DNA of 54,783 nt from Candidatus Nanohalarchaeota archaeon QJJ-7 (lineage in GTDB: Archaea > Nanohalarchaeota > Nanosalinia > Nanosalinales > Nanohalalkaliarchaeaceae): positions 1 to 54,783 of the forward strand of contig JALIDP010000002.1 in assembly GCA_022865215.1 (NCBI GenBank), written 5' to 3'. Below are positions 44,201-52,418 of this stretch, one piece after another. The notes under the pieces were generated by a model. That model worked only from the letters and a program-made list of their open reading frames with translations. It was not told where the DNA came from and did not search any database. Each line of letters starts with the position of its first letter. Position 1 is the first letter of the stretch. The position numbers and the translations under genes were made by a program.

Positions 44201-46177
44201 GTTGGCCAGAACCTCGGACTCTACCGAACCCTTCTCGTAGGTAGATGACAGGTTCCTCATACGACCCCCTTCCTTTCTCCCGCAGGGGAAGAGAAGTTGA
44301 GGTTTCCCTTTCAACGTGCGTCTCTCGGCTTTCTCCGGCCTCCCCATCCTGTTACCAAGGAAAATGGGGGCCTGATCCCTCACCTCTACCCCGGACACTT
44401 CTCCCACCCCTTCCCTTATACCCGGCTCAAAGTCCTCGATACTGGAATCTCCTGGCTCAAGAAGTTCATCGAGCAGAACCCTTCGGTCTTCAGGTATCTC
44501 TAGACCTTCCTCTGTAACCTCGTGTACAACATAAAGACTCTCTAGCGCTTCCTTGACCCCTTTTTCGTCCGGTAGCACGTTGCCATCCGTCTCCTCCAGC
44601 GCACTGTAAAGTGGACTGAACTCCTTCATCTCCAGGTTCCCCCAGAAGAGAGAGTGTTCCGGATGCAGTGGGATATCCAGTTCCTCCGATATCAGGAGGG
44701 CGGTCCGAACGTTCGGAGCCACGTCTTCGTCCGTGTACTCCCGGAAATCCTCTCTTTCTTCCTCCTTCAGCCTCTCCTCCAGGTCCTGCACCCACCACTC
44801 GCGTACGTAAGGCGAAGGGAGCAGGTCCTTCCCGTTCTCCAGGAACTCACCGTAAGGGACGAGGACATCGCCCATGAATAGGATCTCATCGATATCGCCA
44901 CTCAGTTCCGCAGCCTCCTGTCTCGTCTCAGGCCTTACGACATCCCCGTCCAGTTTCCTCACTACAGGAGGCTCTATAGAATCGCAGGGCATCGCTACTG
45001 TCGCCTTTCCAGGGTATTCGGTCTTCAGCTGGGTTCCTATGGCTATGAATCCCTCAGTTATCTCCATCGTTGCAGGGTGTACCGAAACCGCTGCCAGACC
45101 TGCGTTCCTGCTCCTGCCGTACCTCAACCTGAAACCTCCTTCCCTCCCTGGATGGGAGAACACCGGTCTCCCTGCGGTCAGTGAACCGAGATATTTGTCA
45201 GAGGGCTCGTAACCGGTTTCCCCCTCATCTTCATCCTGCTCTTCAGACGCGTGTATCTCGTGCTGGAGATCAAGGTAATCCTCTATCCATCCCCAGTGCT
45301 CCAGCCCGAACTCCTCACCGAAGCTGTCTATCCTCCTCTGGAGCTTCGAAGCTTTCAGAGGAAGACCGTCCAGGTAAACCAGGCACATCCCACCACGGAT
45401 CCTGTTCGTGTGTACCCGCTCCAGGTCCTTGTAGTTTGATACCTCCTTCTGTTCTGTTGGAGTTCCGGTGATCTCTACCGGGACGTTCTCAGATATCATC
45501 CGGGTCTCGTCCCTCTCCGGCGTGTACTGCTTCTTGGTGACCCGCTTGAAATAGTCCTCGACCTCGGTAGCGTACCTCTCGACCTCCTCCTCTCTCGGAT
45601 CGTAACTCGATAGCCCTACTTCCTTCCGTATGTAATCGGCCAGCAGAACAGACATGGCGGAAGCTGTACCACCTGCCGACCGTATAGGCCCGGAATAGTG
45701 CACCGCAAGGTATTCTGAACCGTCATCGTTGTTCCTTATCTCGACCTCGGCGACTCCCTCGAGAGGCGCAGTGACGATACCGCCGGTCATGTAGGCGAGC
45801 CCTATCCTAAGGCCTGCATCGACCGCATCCTCCAGGTCCTCGAACTCATGGAACTTCTTCTCCGCTATCTCCTTTCCAATCTCCAGGGCCACTCTCTCAT
45901 CGTTCTTTCCATAATCTTCTTCCAGTTCCCTTATACGTTCTTCAAGTCCCGTATCCTCCAGTTCAGGGAACTGGTCCGCAGTGACCAGTCCCACAGACTT
46001 GGCGGCCAGGTCCTCCGCGACCGGGATATCGACGTGGCTCTCCGGGTCCTTCTCCTGTCCTCTCGCCTTCTCAGCAAAACTGTAAGCTTCCTCGGTCTCC
46101 TCTTCCAGTCTTTCAGTATAATTCCTGAAATCTCCGATTTCACTCGAACCGGAATCCTCCAGACTTCCGGAGCTCAA
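41249..46177 (-). CDS. dp2: DNA polymerase D (Pol II) large subunit DP2, interrupted by one intein
   Basis: A 1642-aa ORF with conserved DP2 blocks, the cysteine clusters CTECNEVVPFSYCPYCGG...CQKCG and C-terminal CVDCNDKYRRAPLKGRCKNCGG. The extein length is about 1152 aa. Confidence 0.95.
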   Translation of the reverse strand: MSSGSLEDSGSSEIGDFRNYTERLEEETEEAYSFAEKARGQEKDPESHVDIPVAEDLAAKSVGLVTADQFPELEDTGLEERIRELEEDYGKNDERVALEIGKEIAEKKFHEFEDLEDAVDAGLRIGLAYMTGGIVTAPLEGVAEVEIRNNDDGSEYLAVHYSGPIRSAGGTASAMSVLLADYIRKEVGLSSYDPREEEVERYATEVEDYFKRVTKKQYTPERDETRMISENVPVEITGTPTEQKEVSNYKDLERVHTNRIRGGMCLVYLDGLPLKASKLQRRIDSFGEEFGLEHWGWIEDYLDLQHEIHASEEQDEDEGETGYEPSDKYLGSLTAGRPVFSHPGREGGFRLRYGRSRNAGLAAVSVHPATMEITEGFIAIGTQLKTEYPGKATVAMPCDSIEPPVVRKLDGDVVRPETRQEAAELSGDIDEILFMGDVLVPYGEFLENGKDLLPSPYVREWWVQDLEERLKEEEREDFREYTDEDVAPNVRTALLISEELDIPLHPEHSLFWGNLEMKEFSPLYSALEETDGNVLPDEKGVKEALESLYVVHEVTEEGLEIPEDRRVLLDELLEPGDSSIEDFEPGIREGVGEVSGVEVRDQAPIFLGNRMGRPEKAERRTLKGKPQLLFPCGRKEGGRMRNLSSTYEKGSVESEVLANHCTECNEVVPFSYCPYCGGETRPLRKCQKCGTETMEEAHCGMETERSWERDIDVEGLMDIALENVDMKLPELLKSPRSVTGKNKHVEPLEKGLLRKKHDLYVNKDGTVRYDATDVPLTHFRPREVSVSVDKLKELGYETDIDGEELEDEDQLLELKYQDIVIPDNDAEMPASEYMLRTANFVDDLLEEFYGLPRYYEAEEKEGLVGELVVGLAPHTSGGMVGRIIGFSEAKGVYAHPFWHAAKRRNADGDEDSIILLMDALLNFSRQFLPDQRGTRSVTKDTRVFVRQDGEIKAPKFSDLVNRIMERKGYEVRDDGFEVCRDFTENIEAISFDDDGAVTFQPVSALIRHENDKRVYEVKTSRGEISVTEDHSVFVTDGGGVEAKPARELEVGDAVVVPSNPEVEADGLPSKIDLFELLPDDECYVEVPDSEHSDLAPEIEERLTSEITADWGEKNIYRYLTGRRAAPLTFYREVGVTPSCKVRVKHDSPPVKRYVEEKEEIYRLLGYLMSEGELSTGEIHNTDRELIDDAVECIESLTEASPQVLTDNREGRNQCFSTRVPRTFMKALEELGLEIESATQKGIPSFLFGADKTYVEAFIEAYRAGDGTVYDEKGFSKLYTASGEMASQLALLLRKIGFKTSAHQAGDTWEVLYSEWGDKDPYWPLWGVLGEVRERLRDSGHGRADIKRRLSNYRRNDRMKTASKMKVEDLYEEGVESLSRPVEGDIAVERVKEVEEIEYGDEYVYDFEVPGAQNFLCGPHPIFAHNTMDAPLILSTVLHPDEVDDESWNVDVAERYSKDFYEATQRMEGPGEVDVPIAEDLLEEEEGFSFTHGTENLEDAPVESSYVSLGKMAEKVREQLSLGERIVAVDEDNVAELLLDKHFLPDIKGNLRSFSEQQFRCVDCNDKYRRAPLKGRCKNCGGKLLLTISEGTIRKYLVHSEEIADSFAISPYLRQQIMILKRNIESLFGKDDRQSSLGRFVSE
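41903..43372 (-). mobile_element. Intein (490 aa) with a LAGLIDADG homing-endonuclease domain inside DP2
   Basis: - The extein junction reads ...NFSRQFLPDQRGTR | SVTKDTRVFV ... VYDFEVPGAQNFLCGPHPIFAHN | TMDAPLILS.
- Block A is S-x-x-x-DT-x-V.
- Block B is VTEDH.
- LAGLIDADG motifs are LLGYLMSEGEL and FIEAYRAGDGTV.
- The C-terminal HN is followed by a +1 Thr. Confidence 0.85.
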
Positions 46178-47562
46178 AACTCTTTCACCTCCGTCTCACG
46201 GGTCTTCAGGTTCACGACCGCGACCTTGCCGGGATCAGGCTGGTGACCCATCCTTTTCTGGAAGTCTGTCTGGGACTGGAACGTACCTGCACATATCACG
46301 TTTATGCCCTTGTAGGTGGTGGCCGCGAATGAGTGTGTGTGGCCAGAAACCAGTATTTCAGGGACCTCTTCTATCACTAGAGGATCTTCGTCATCCGGCA
46401 CCACAAGGTTGCTTCCATATATCGGTGCGAGATGCCTGCGTTTAAGCCAGTCTATCATCGCATGTTCCGGGTTCTCATACGCGCGGTCCCGGAGGTGAGG
46501 TAATGAATCTACATGTTCATCGAATGAATAACCGTGATACATCAGGACTTTCACGCCGCCGTTATCGTGTCCGTGAACCTTCACGTAAGCCGGGTTCGGG
46601 ACCATATGAACGTTATCGTTCATGTGAACGTCGGGTAAGGACTCTTCAGGTAGCGGTGGCTGGGGTTCTGCCAGCCTGACGAAGTCGTGGTTCCCCGGAC
46701 CGATGATTACCTGTACATCGTCCCTTACCTCCTCGACGAACTCCTGGAACCGCTCGTACTGCTTGTAGATGTTAGTGACCTCGAGTTCCTCCTTTTGACT
46801 GGGATAGACGCCGACACCCTCTACCGCATCTCCCGCCACGAAGAGGTACTTGATCTTCTGGGCGTAAGAGTTACCTGAGTTCAGCCAGTCCAGCAGCTTG
46901 TCCAGCTTTTCTTCCATCGTGTCCTTGCTACCGAAGTGTATGTCGGATATGAAGGCCGCGTACACTTCCTCCGACGTGCTCTGTATGTCATCAGGCAGAG
47001 GTACGTCAGGCCATACTATGCGGTCGGCGAATATTATATCGTCTCCTAGCGATCCTTTCACACCTATAACTTCGTCCTGGACTATATTCGCTCCATCCTC
47101 TTCCTCGGCCAGTACTTTCGTCTCCCCGCTGGGGTCCTCCATGTAGACTATGAACTTTCCCTTGGAAGTCTTGTACTTGTCCTTCACTATCCCTACCGCA
47201 GCCACCTCCTCTCGCTCCTCCATGTCTTCCAGTCGGGAGATGGATACAGCGCTCTGGATCTCTCTCCGCCTAAGAAGCAGCGATTTTATCTTCTCATACC
47301 TGTCGTTGTAGAAATCCACGAAGTCCTGGACGTCCCTCTTCTCCTTCTCCATCTCGATCTCAGTTATCACATCGACAGAACTTTCAAGGGAAACGTCCCC
47401 TGACTCGAGGTTGTCGATCAGTCTCTCGTTCACGACCATCGGAGATGGGGAAAGGTTCTTTATCTTCTCAATATGGTTCTCCTCCAGCCTATCAACCGCC
47501 TCCGGCTCCACGATACAACCACGAGAAGTGAGCTCCTTCACCGCTTCCTGTCTATCCATCAC
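46174..47562 (-). CDS. dp1: DNA polymerase D small (exonuclease) subunit DP1
   Basis: OB-like region followed by calcineurin-type phosphoesterase motifs (FISDIHFGS, VAGDAVEG, GPGNHD, VSGHTH). Its stop overlaps the dp2 start by 4 nt. Confidence 0.9.
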   Translation of the reverse strand: MMDRQEAVKELTSRGCIVEPEAVDRLEENHIEKIKNLSPSPMVVNERLIDNLESGDVSLESSVDVITEIEMEKEKRDVQDFVDFYNDRYEKIKSLLLRRREIQSAVSISRLEDMEEREEVAAVGIVKDKYKTSKGKFIVYMEDPSGETKVLAEEEDGANIVQDEVIGVKGSLGDDIIFADRIVWPDVPLPDDIQSTSEEVYAAFISDIHFGSKDTMEEKLDKLLDWLNSGNSYAQKIKYLFVAGDAVEGVGVYPSQKEELEVTNIYKQYERFQEFVEEVRDDVQVIIGPGNHDFVRLAEPQPPLPEESLPDVHMNDNVHMVPNPAYVKVHGHDNGGVKVLMYHGYSFDEHVDSLPHLRDRAYENPEHAMIDWLKRRHLAPIYGSNLVVPDDEDPLVIEEVPEILVSGHTHSFAATTYKGINVICAGTFQSQTDFQKRMGHQPDPGKVAVVNLKTRETEVKEF

Positions 47563-47611
47563 TCAGTGCGCCTCCTTCCATGCGGTGGTAGGCTTTTGGA
47601 ATCATTAAAAG

Positions 47612-48820
47612 TCACAGGTAGAGGGTCTCCTCCAGCATGTCTTCGAGGTCATCCTGCGCGTTGTCTGAGAGGTCTACAGATATCTGTCGTGTCCTCCCGT
47701 GCCTCCCCTTGGAGACCACCTCTCCGTTTATCACTCCAAGCATGTCGAGCTCCGCTATGAGGTCAGATACCCGTCTCTGCGTGAGAACTTTCACACCGGC
47801 ATCGTTCGCGTACTCTTTGTATTCTGAATAGATGTCTCCGGTCGCCAGTTTGCTTCCCTCTTCGTAGTTCTTCAGGACGACGTATAGCAACAGCTTGGAC
47901 TGCTTCGGCTGTGAACGGATCGTCTCCTTCAGCCGGTCCTTCTCTATCTTCTCCTGCGCCCGGTCGACGAACTCGATAGTCGCCTGGGACTCGTTGGATC
48001 TCTCGGTCAGTTCCCCTGCAACACGTAGAAGGTCCAGAGCTCTACGGGCGTCACCGTGCTCGGACGCGGCGAGAGCCGCACACTTCGATACCACTCCGTC
48101 CGCCAGGACATCGTCGTGGAACGCGTCTTCCGTTCTCTGCAACAATATCTCTTTCAGCTCCAGTGCGTTGTAAGGTGGAAAGATTATCTCCTCCTCAGAC
48201 AGCGAAGACTTGACACGCGAATCCATGTACTCTGTGAAGTTCAGGTCGTTAGATATCCCGACTATAGAGACCTTGGTGTCTTCCAGATCGTCGTTGATCC
48301 TGGTCAGGTTGTAGAGGAAACTGTCTCCTATCTTCTTCACCAGCGCATCGATCTCGTCCAGTATGATTATCACCACGTCCTCCTCTCCTTCTTCCAGGGC
48401 CGTGAAGAACCGGTCGTAGACCTCATCAGTAGGAAGACCTGTTGAAGGGACTTCCTCTCCCAGTTCCCTTGCCAGCTGCGCGCTAAGCCGGTACTCGGTG
48501 TCGGCCACCTTCTTCATCTTGCAGTTGACGTGGACTATCTTGAGGCTCTCTTCCGACTTCTCTGCAGCTTCTCTTAGTTCGCCTGAAACATGTTTGACAC
48601 AGAGTGATTTCCCTGTGCCAACAGTCCCGTACACAAACAGATTAGAAGGATCGTCTCCTTTCAGGGAGGGTGCCAGGATAGATGCCAGCTCATCGATCTG
48701 ACTGTCCCGGTGGAGGATCTCGTCTGGTTTGTAAGAAGTATCAAGCAACTCCTTGTTCTTGAATACGCTCTCCTTCTCCAGATATTCCGAAAACATCTGT
48801 TGGAGCTGTTCGTCCCCCAC
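47612..48820 (-). CDS. orc1: Orc1/Cdc6 replication initiator
   Basis: Walker A GTVGTGKS, Walker B VIIILDEID, sensor/lid GDARRALDLLRVAGE, and a C-terminal winged helix (RRVSDLIAELDMLGVINGEVVSKGRHGRTRQI). Confidence 0.95.
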   Translation of the reverse strand: MGDEQLQQMFSEYLEKESVFKNKELLDTSYKPDEILHRDSQIDELASILAPSLKGDDPSNLFVYGTVGTGKSLCVKHVSGELREAAEKSEESLKIVHVNCKMKKVADTEYRLSAQLARELGEEVPSTGLPTDEVYDRFFTALEEGEEDVVIIILDEIDALVKKIGDSFLYNLTRINDDLEDTKVSIVGISNDLNFTEYMDSRVKSSLSEEEIIFPPYNALELKEILLQRTEDAFHDDVLADGVVSKCAALAASEHGDARRALDLLRVAGELTERSNESQATIEFVDRAQEKIEKDRLKETIRSQPKQSKLLLYVVLKNYEEGSKLATGDIYSEYKEYANDAGVKVLTQRRVSDLIAELDMLGVINGEVVSKGRHGRTRQISVDLSDNAQDDLEDMLEETLYL

Positions 48821-48892
48821 GTTATTCCACCATCATCAGAAGTGTGACCGAATCAGTTTCAAACGTTTAAATCTGTTTTGCAAAAGAACTTT

Positions 48893-49024
48893 CCCCCACC
48901 ACCCCTTCATTTCCATTGGAGAATTAAAACAACACATCATACAGATAACAGTGTTATATAATGTTGTTAATACCTGTTGTGTATCTGAAACTAGTTTCCA
49001 CCCGAAACAAAGGTGTTGGGGTCC
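48893..49024. other. Predicted replication origin (oriC): two inverted ORB elements flanking an AT-rich unwinding region
   Basis: - ORB at 48893-48923 (CCCCCACCACCCCTTCATTTCCATTGGAGAA).
- AT-rich segment at 48924-48986.
- Inverted degenerate ORB at 48987-49024 (reverse complement GGACCCCAACACCTTTGTTTCGGGTGGAAACTAGTTTC).
- It lies directly upstream of orc1/cdc6-dp1-dp2. Confidence 0.7.
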
Positions 49025-49055
49025 TGTCGCTTTGATCATCAATAGATAAAAAGAT

Positions 49056-49069
49056 TCCGAACGTTCGGA
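49056..49069. promoter_or_regulatory. Perfect 14-bp palindrome (TCCGAACGTTCGGA) between the TATA box and the start codon of a small wHTH gene; probable operator
   Basis: The sequence is self-complementary. A TATA-like AATAGATAAAAAG lies at 49041-49053 and the ATG at 49075. Confidence 0.5.
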
Positions 49070-49074
49070 CAACC

Positions 49075-49266
49075 ATGGAAAGGGCCTTCGAGACACTTGA
49101 GAACTCGGAAAGACCTCTCTCCACTAACGAAGTGGCGGACCGCCTGGAGGTCGACTGGCATACTGCAAAGAAAAGGCTCGAGAAGTTGGTGAACAAGGAA
49201 AAGGCTGACCGGAGCGAGGTGTCGAACCGATTGACTCTCTACTGGGACCGAGAGATCCCGTTCTAG
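49075..49266 (+). CDS. Small winged-helix DNA-binding protein (63 aa)
   Basis: ERPLSTNEVADRLEVDWHTAKKRLEKLVNKEKADRSEVSNRLTLYW is a typical HTH plus wing. Confidence 0.6.
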   Translation: MERAFETLENSERPLSTNEVADRLEVDWHTAKKRLEKLVNKEKADRSEVSNRLTLYWDREIPF

Positions 49267-50471
49267 ATCAGCGGGAAACTGATCCCGGCGTAGTACAGTA
49301 TCGTAGGTATTATGAGAGAAGCCATGCAGTGACTTCTTTTCACTTTTGATGACGCCGCCATCAGACCTATTCCTGTAGATGAGGCCAGCACAAGGAGCCC
49401 GAACCACCCGTTGAGCAAGTAACTGCCCACGATAACGAAACCTATAACGAAGTACATCAATTTCTTGTAGTCCAGTCTCTGGATGTAAGATGCGGCTTCT
49501 CGTCCTATCCGCCGAGTTACCATGGCGCCTGTCCCGATACCGACCATACACATTCCGACCACCTGAAGTATGGTGTGAAGAGTCACCTCCGGCATGACCT
49601 GCTGGATAGCGACGGCGGCACCACTCCTTGGGTTCCCTATAACATATAGGGCGATGAGAGAGAAGAAAAGGTCTGCCGTGGTTATACCCCCCATAGTGAC
49701 CAGGAAGTCCTCTATACCGGTATCCCCCATTTCTTTCACGAGAAGCGCGGACTGTGATGAGCCGAGTCCAGGCAGGAAACCAGCCATAACTCCGGCGAAG
49801 AACCCTAGAAAGCCTCCTTTAACCGTCTGGTCGACATTGACAGGTAGACTCCGCCCCTGCGAGGGTGCACTTCCCCCTTCCAGGATACCTGTGATTATGA
49901 CTGAGAGCCCGAACATGCCGGCGAAGAGAGGGAAGAGTACGTACTGGGTATTAGTTATAGGAGAATTGAGCGCCGCTAAACCAAGCAATGCGGACAGAAC
50001 AGTGACCAGTACAGCGCCTGTCCTGTTCTCCTCCTTCCAGATCATGTAGACCACGACTGTTAACAGTAGAAAGTGCATGTAGTTGGATAGGAATCCATAA
50101 AGAGGCGGGATCATGAGGAACAGAAGGGGTAGAGATATGAGCGCGATGAGAGAGGACAGGAGTCCTCCATAGACTGTCAGTTCTACGGCTTCCAGCCCCC
50201 TTCCTTCCTGAAGCATGCTGTGTCCGGGGAGGACGGAAAGCGCTGTTTCCCCTTCAGGCGCTCCGACGAAAACTGAAGGTATGAAGCTGACGAACGTGTG
50301 TACTGTAGCCATTCCGGTGGTGAAACCGAGGAAGATAGAGACATCCACACCCGTACGGAAATACAGGGGTAGAAGGAGGAAAACAACCGAGTTAGGGTGG
50401 AGGCCGGGCAGGAGACCGGTGACGATGCCCGCACCCATACCGAAGAACATAGGCCCCAGGAGCTCGAGCAT
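49263..50471 (-). CDS. Integral membrane protein, TctA/DUF112-like (COG1784)
   Basis: 402 aa with about 10 TM helices. GAGIVTGLLPGLHPNS and GVMAGFLPGLGSSQSALL are repeated motifs typical of the TctA family. Confidence 0.65.
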   Translation of the reverse strand: MLELLGPMFFGMGAGIVTGLLPGLHPNSVVFLLLPLYFRTGVDVSIFLGFTTGMATVHTFVSFIPSVFVGAPEGETALSVLPGHSMLQEGRGLEAVELTVYGGLLSSLIALISLPLLFLMIPPLYGFLSNYMHFLLLTVVVYMIWKEENRTGAVLVTVLSALLGLAALNSPITNTQYVLFPLFAGMFGLSVIITGILEGGSAPSQGRSLPVNVDQTVKGGFLGFFAGVMAGFLPGLGSSQSALLVKEMGDTGIEDFLVTMGGITTADLFFSLIALYVIGNPRSGAAVAIQQVMPEVTLHTILQVVGMCMVGIGTGAMVTRRIGREAASYIQRLDYKKLMYFVIGFVIVGSYLLNGWFGLLVLASSTGIGLMAASSKVKRSHCMASLIIPTILYYAGISFPLI

Positions 50472-50624
50472 GCCTCTTCCTGTCCCCGGATGTCTTTAGA
50501 ACCCCTACAGATTTCCATTCCCTGTGTCTATGGAACTTGTAACAGATTTTGACTGATGTGGAAAGACACCGATCCAGACCTCGAGTGTTTTTAAAGCTGT
50601 AGAATGTGAAGTTTCCACAAGACG

Positions 50625-50936
50625 ATGTTCGATCCTTCCAACATGGAAAAGATGATGAAGCAGATGGGGATGGATATGGAGGAGATGGATGCGGAGAAAG
50701 TGACCGTGGAGACCTCCGACGGTAAGGAGCTGGTCTTCGATTCCCCCCAGTTGAACAAGATGGAAGTGCAGGGGAAAGTCCTGTTCCAGCTGCAGGGAGA
50801 TTACCAGGAGAAAGATGAGGGAGACGAGGAGGACGTCGAACTTGTGATGGAGAGGACAGGTGCTTCCCGCGAGGAAGCTGAAGCGGCTCTTGAGGATAAC
50901 GACGACCTGACGGACGCTATAATGTCGTTGGATTGA
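50625..50936 (+). CDS. nac: Nascent polypeptide-associated complex protein (NAC alpha homolog)
   Basis: NAC domain (EKVTVETSDGKELVFDSPQLNKMEVQGKVLFQLQG) plus a C-terminal UBA (DVELVMERTGASREEAEAALEDNDDLTDAI). Confidence 0.9.
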   Translation: MFDPSNMEKMMKQMGMDMEEMDAEKVTVETSDGKELVFDSPQLNKMEVQGKVLFQLQGDYQEKDEGDEEDVELVMERTGASREEAEAALEDNDDLTDAIMSLD

Positions 50937-50945
50937 CTTTTTCTT

Positions 50946-52418
50946 CTATTCCATGTACTGCAGGACGCGGGCGTAGGCCGGTCTGGTGATCCCTACCCCG
51001 ATCAGGATACCTACTATAGTGGTGACCGCGAAACCCGTGATCGTCCCCGCACCGATCTGGGTCAGGGGCAGCATAGCGCCGATGGTGGAAGCGGCACTCG
51101 TGAAAATGATGAAGAACGCGCGCTTGAACCTCTTCTTGAAGCTCATCCTCGTCCGTTTCCCTCTCTCGTCCGTGATGATCACCTGATCGTCAACCCCTGT
51201 ACCGATCGCGGCGATTATACCTGCTATCGACGGGATGTCGATGGTCCATCCTACGGCCGCGGCGAAACCGAAGATCATGATCAGCTCTGAGAACCCGGTG
51301 AGTGAGAGGGGGATAACGATCTTGGGATCTCTATACCGTATGAAGATCACGAGAGCGACGGAGAGTATAGCGACTATTATAGCGAGGATCGCGGACTGCA
51401 GGAACTGTTTTCCAAGGGTTGGAGAGACGCGTGTTGTCTGTTTTATCTTGATAGGCATCGGAAGAGCGCCCGACTGGAGGACGGACTTGAGCTTGTTCAT
51501 CTCCGTTACTGCTTCCCCTCTTGTCGATTCCCCACCGGTTATGACTGGCTGCTGGACGAGCGAGTCCTGGAAGGTGTTCCTGATGTTCAAACCACTGATA
51601 CGCTCCTGATCGAGGTAAAGGACTAGCTTGGTGTTCTGCTGTGTCGCAGGGTCGAGAAGATATCTGCTGCCTCTATCCATGTTCTGGGCGATGTCCTGGA
51701 CCCTCTCGGCCGCGGTCTCAGTGATTGAGACCTGGAACTGGAACTGCCAACCGTCTTCTGTCTGCTGGAACCCTGAGGCCTGGCTGCTTATATCAACGCC
51801 GAGCATGTCCTGCCCAGAGAACGCCAGAGGGGAGATAAACGCTCCTTCATCAGTCCTGTTTGTGTAGGTGAACTGTATATTCTCGGGACCCCGGCTGACG
51901 TTGAACGTCCCGCCCAGTTCTACGGTCTCACCGTCAACTATCAGTGTATCGCCATCGAGTTCGGTCGCGTACTGTTGGTCGCCAAGACTGATGCTGTCAC
52001 CGTCCTGGACTGTGAACGGTATGCGGGCCTCGAACCTCCCTGTCCGGTTTATGAGTTCCTGCAGGTCGGAAGTTTCGGCTCCGGCCAGTTCTATCTGGAT
52101 ATGGGTCTCTCCCGCCACGTCTACAGGTCTGATTTCCATCTCCTGGAGACCGAAAGCGCTTATCCTGGTACGGAGGGTGTCGATTATCTGGTCCACGTCC
52201 TGCGACGTGACGTCACCTTCCTCTGGTTGCGGTTTGATGAGAACTCTCGCGCCCCCCTGGAGATCCAGCCCCTGCTTGATGTTGGTGTTGAGGACAACAT
52301 CCCCGTTTTCGTTCTTGGTGTAGGGGTTGGTGGGGTTGAATATCAGGAGGAACGATACTAGAAGCGAGAGTATCAGGAACCATATCCTCCAGTCTTTCTT
52401 CATGCGCCCCCATTCCAT
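50946..52418 (-). CDS. secD: Protein-export membrane protein SecD
   Basis: N-terminal TM helix, a large periplasmic-type domain (GLDLQGGARVL), and a C-terminal 5-TM bundle (GIIAAIGTGVDDQVII). Confidence 0.9.
   Translation of the reverse strand: MEWGRMKKDWRIWFLILSLLVSFLLIFNPTNPYTKNENGDVVLNTNIKQGLDLQGGARVLIKPQPEEGDVTSQDVDQIIDTLRTRISAFGLQEMEIRPVDVAGETHIQIELAGAETSDLQELINRTGRFEARIPFTVQDGDSISLGDQQYATELDGDTLIVDGETVELGGTFNVSRGPENIQFTYTNRTDEGAFISPLAFSGQDMLGVDISSQASGFQQTEDGWQFQFQVSITETAAERVQDIAQNMDRGSRYLLDPATQQNTKLVLYLDQERISGLNIRNTFQDSLVQQPVITGGESTRGEAVTEMNKLKSVLQSGALPMPIKIKQTTRVSPTLGKQFLQSAILAIIVAILSVALVIFIRYRDPKIVIPLSLTGFSELIMIFGFAAAVGWTIDIPSIAGIIAAIGTGVDDQVIITDERGKRTRMSFKKRFKRAFFIIFTSAASTIGAMLPLTQIGAGTITGFAVTTIVGILIGVGITRPAYARVLQYME

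Noticed and set aside
44245-45471. Several 60-110-aa plus-strand ORFs
   Set aside because: All are antisense to dp2, Pro/Ser/Arg-rich, and have no motifs.
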